Part shown: positions 22,397-24,000 of the stretch, piece by piece
How the letters are laid out: the number at the start of each line of letters is the position of its first letter
How positions within the stretch are numbered: the first letter of the stretch is position 1
Assembly (NCBI GenBank): GCA_903918195.1
Contig: CAIXDS010000071.1
Span: forward strand, 1 to 24,000
DNA length: 24,000 bases
Source: an uncultured Acetobacteraceae bacterium
GTDB taxonomy: Bacteria > Pseudomonadota > Alphaproteobacteria > Acetobacterales > Acetobacteraceae
Direction of reading: 5' to 3'
Program-made: the position numbers and the translations under genes
The notes under the pieces: model-generated
What the model was told of the DNA's origin: nothing
What the model saw: only the letters and a program-made list of their open reading frames with translations
Databases searched by the model: none

Positions 22397-23584
22397 TCAC
22401 GCCGCGCTGAAGCGCTTTCGCTTAACCCAGACGAAGCCGTCACCCTTTGACAGGATGGCAACATCGATCGGTCCTCCCACGGTTTCTTTCTCACCGGCGC
22501 ACGCGTGCGCCCGGAAGGCGGTCAGGCTGACGAGAGCTTCCGCCATCTCGGCCAGGTCATGCCGCGGCAGCGCCGCAACGGCTTGCATGAAGGGGCCGGA
22601 GTGTTGCTTCGAAATTTCCTCCTGCAGGCTCGTCTCGAACCTTTCGACAGCGTCCGGGGCGTCGCCGCCAGTTGCCTTCTTATGCGGCTTGGATACCTTG
22701 AGGCTGTCCGCCATGAGCGCCGGCAGACTGTCGGCCAGGTCGGGGTGGATTCCCCGGATGATCATGTCGATCGTCTCGCGCTGCGCGAAAGGAATGATCA
22801 TCGCCGTGTCGTCATGCGTGATCCGGGCATGGTCAACCAGGTGCAGCTTGAGGCGACCCTTCACGACCGGGCCGACGCGGCAGAAGAGCAGGCCAGGAAA
22901 AGGCTCCGCCTCGCCCATGCCGGCGATGACCAGCCCAGAGAACGGACCGGGAAAGTTGGCGCGCGAGAGACACAGCCGAAGCGTCGTGCGCAGGCCGTCA
23001 CTGATGTCCCCCGGCATTACGTCCGGGCCGAAGACGGCGTGTTCCGCCTCGTCCAGAGCGGCGCCGTAATCGGCGATCACCGCGTCCGGGAAGCCGCTGT
23101 CGACGCGTTCCAGCAGCGGATATTTTTCCCAGATCGCATGATCCTCGGCGATAAGACGCCGCAGAACGTCGTGCGGGTCGCCGTTGTTGCGGCCGCGATG
23201 CTCGCCCAGCTTTTCCTTCCAGGGCTGGGCGTAGAGCCCATCCCACAGATCGCGTGCGAGGCTGGCGAAGCGTGCTAGTTGCAGCGCCTCCGGGAACATC
23301 GCCGTCGATCTTTCGATGATGGCTGCGAAATCCGCGAGGTATTCCGGCAGCGTGTCGTAGTGCCGGGCGCCGAGGTGCCGGTGGTAGCCGGCGACAATCG
23401 TTTCCCACGGCACGTCCATCAGATCGGCCGAGCCGAACGTCATGATGCCGACGGGCGCTGAGGGCGCCAGTTGCAGAAGCTTTTCGGCGTTGTGGTATAT
23501 TTTCTCACCCTCGCCGAGGGTGACCGCGCTATCCGCCGCCAGGGCGATCCCGCGCGTGTTCATCACTGCAACCTCACAGGTCAT
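22397..23584 (-). CDS. Proteasome-beta/HslV-like Ntn (T1 family) threonine peptidase homologue with a large internal insertion
   Basis: ORF 22397-23599; second ATG 23584 has AAGGA 6 nt upstream and gives N-terminus Met-Thr. 'MTCEVAVMNTRGIALAADSAVTLGEGEKIYHNAEKLLQL' parallels E. coli HslV '[38 protein letters not shown]' (from memory). This places Thr1, Asp17 and Lys34 (expected 33). Later beta-fold segments are 'SGLVIAGMGEAEPFPGLLF' and 'ETVGGPIDVAILSKGDGFVWV'. 395 aa, against about 180-240 aa for HslV/20S beta. Confidence 0.7.
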   Translation of the reverse strand: MTCEVAVMNTRGIALAADSAVTLGEGEKIYHNAEKLLQLAPSAPVGIMTFGSADLMDVPWETIVAGYHRHLGARHYDTLPEYLADFAAIIERSTAMFPEALQLARFASLARDLWDGLYAQPWKEKLGEHRGRNNGDPHDVLRRLIAEDHAIWEKYPLLERVDSGFPDAVIADYGAALDEAEHAVFGPDVMPGDISDGLRTTLRLCLSRANFPGPFSGLVIAGMGEAEPFPGLLFCRVGPVVKGRLKLHLVDHARITHDDTAMIIPFAQRETIDMIIRGIHPDLADSLPALMADSLKVSKPHKKATGGDAPDAVERFETSLQEEISKQHSGPFMQAVAALPRHDLAEMAEALVSLTAFRAHACAGEKETVGGPIDVAILSKGDGFVWVKRKRFSAA

Positions 23585-24000
23585 CGCAGGTCCTTTCATG
23601 GCGGCCGCGCGGACACGGGATCAGGAAGAATGATCACGAAAAAGAACATATTACCCCGACACGTCAAATCCGGACGCGCTAAAAGAAGACGTTCTTAATA
23701 CGCGACCACCAGTTAGAGGAGGCGGATATCGTCGTGATCTGCGCGAACTCATCAAGGGCAGTCTCATTTCGGGTACGCTTGAACGGTCACAAAGCTCGGT
23801 CGTGCATGGAGCGAAAGAGGGGAGCTTCGCAGCGTTATGGGCTGGCGGGCATCAATCTCTCGCCCTCCAGCCTCCATGAAGAAAAATCTCTATACTTGCT
23901 AAACCAAAGACGAATTGTCCAAAAGATTGATAACACAGCAATGCTAGATTATTTTGTTTGAGGTGGCAGGATAGGTATGCTTGGCACCCGCCTCGTACAG

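Noticed and set aside
16172-23069. Plus-strand ORFs of 360-650 aa (16172-17293, 16419-17585, 18044-19657, 18876-20045, 20312-22264, 21226-22359, 21894-23069) opposite the AddA/AddB/T1-like genes.
   Set aside because: Their sequences are Ser/Arg/Ala/Pro-rich with no recognisable domains. The minus-strand frames carry full helicase, nuclease and Ntn-hydrolase motifs.
22397-23584. Interpreting the T1-like gene together with the island as a Pup-proteasome or canonical HslUV locus.
   Set aside because: No Pup, PafA/Dop, Mpa/ARC, 20S alpha subunit or HslU is present. The protein is about twice HslV size and sits with AddAB-like genes.
23734-24000. A 75-aa ORF (23734-23961, GTG start) and a partial ORF beginning at ATG 23977 at the window edge.
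   Set aside because: The first lies in an AT-rich, probably promoter-type region, has RBS spacing of about 12 nt and unconvincing composition. The second has only 8 codons in the window. Neither can be supported.
1-24000. Search for CRISPR arrays, tRNA/tmRNA genes (as integrase targets), IS elements or transposases, and retron-like RT/ncRNA.
   Set aside because: I saw no regularly spaced repeat-spacer array, no T-loop or acceptor-stem pattern near the integrase or the AT-rich ends, no DDE/HUH transposase or reverse-transcriptase motifs, and no terminal inverted repeats.

Overview
High-GC (about two-thirds G+C) proteobacterial, probably alphaproteobacterial, accessory DNA that reads as an integrase-flanked defence island. 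The left edge has a 5'-truncated SAM methyltransferase and a Cre/XerD-like tyrosine integrase preceded by 19-bp-phased repeats. Five modules follow. (i) A CapW/BrxR-type WYL regulator is divergently transcribed from a translationally coupled ubiquitin-like conjugation operon: a tandem Ubl fused in frame to an E2, a JAB/MPN peptidase and a two-lobed E1. A low-GC HEPN (MtlR-type, RNRFAH) gene follows it. (ii) A 1.2-kb coding-poor stretch carries a small ORF with faint S10/NusE resemblance, then an SGNH hydrolase. (iii) A DUF2779 Cas4-like nuclease/exonuclease is coupled to a 143-aa unknown protein. (iv) An operon encodes a tandem classical AAA+ ATPase with an unfoldase-type pore loop, a second WYL regulator and a low-GC PD-(D/E)xK nuclease. 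(v) An operon encodes a proteasome-beta/HslV-like Thr-peptidase homologue with a large insertion, then AddB-like and AddA-like helicase-nuclease subunits. I found no rRNA, tRNA, CRISPR array or transposase. The best candidates for novelty are the Ubl-E2 fusion Bil-type system with a HEPN add-on, the Ntn-peptidase/AddAB-like operon, and the AAA+/WYL/nuclease operon. The co-residence of Ubl conjugation, an AAA+ unfoldase and a proteasome-like peptidase in one island is also notable. All family assignments rest on motifs read by eye and need HMM or structure confirmation.
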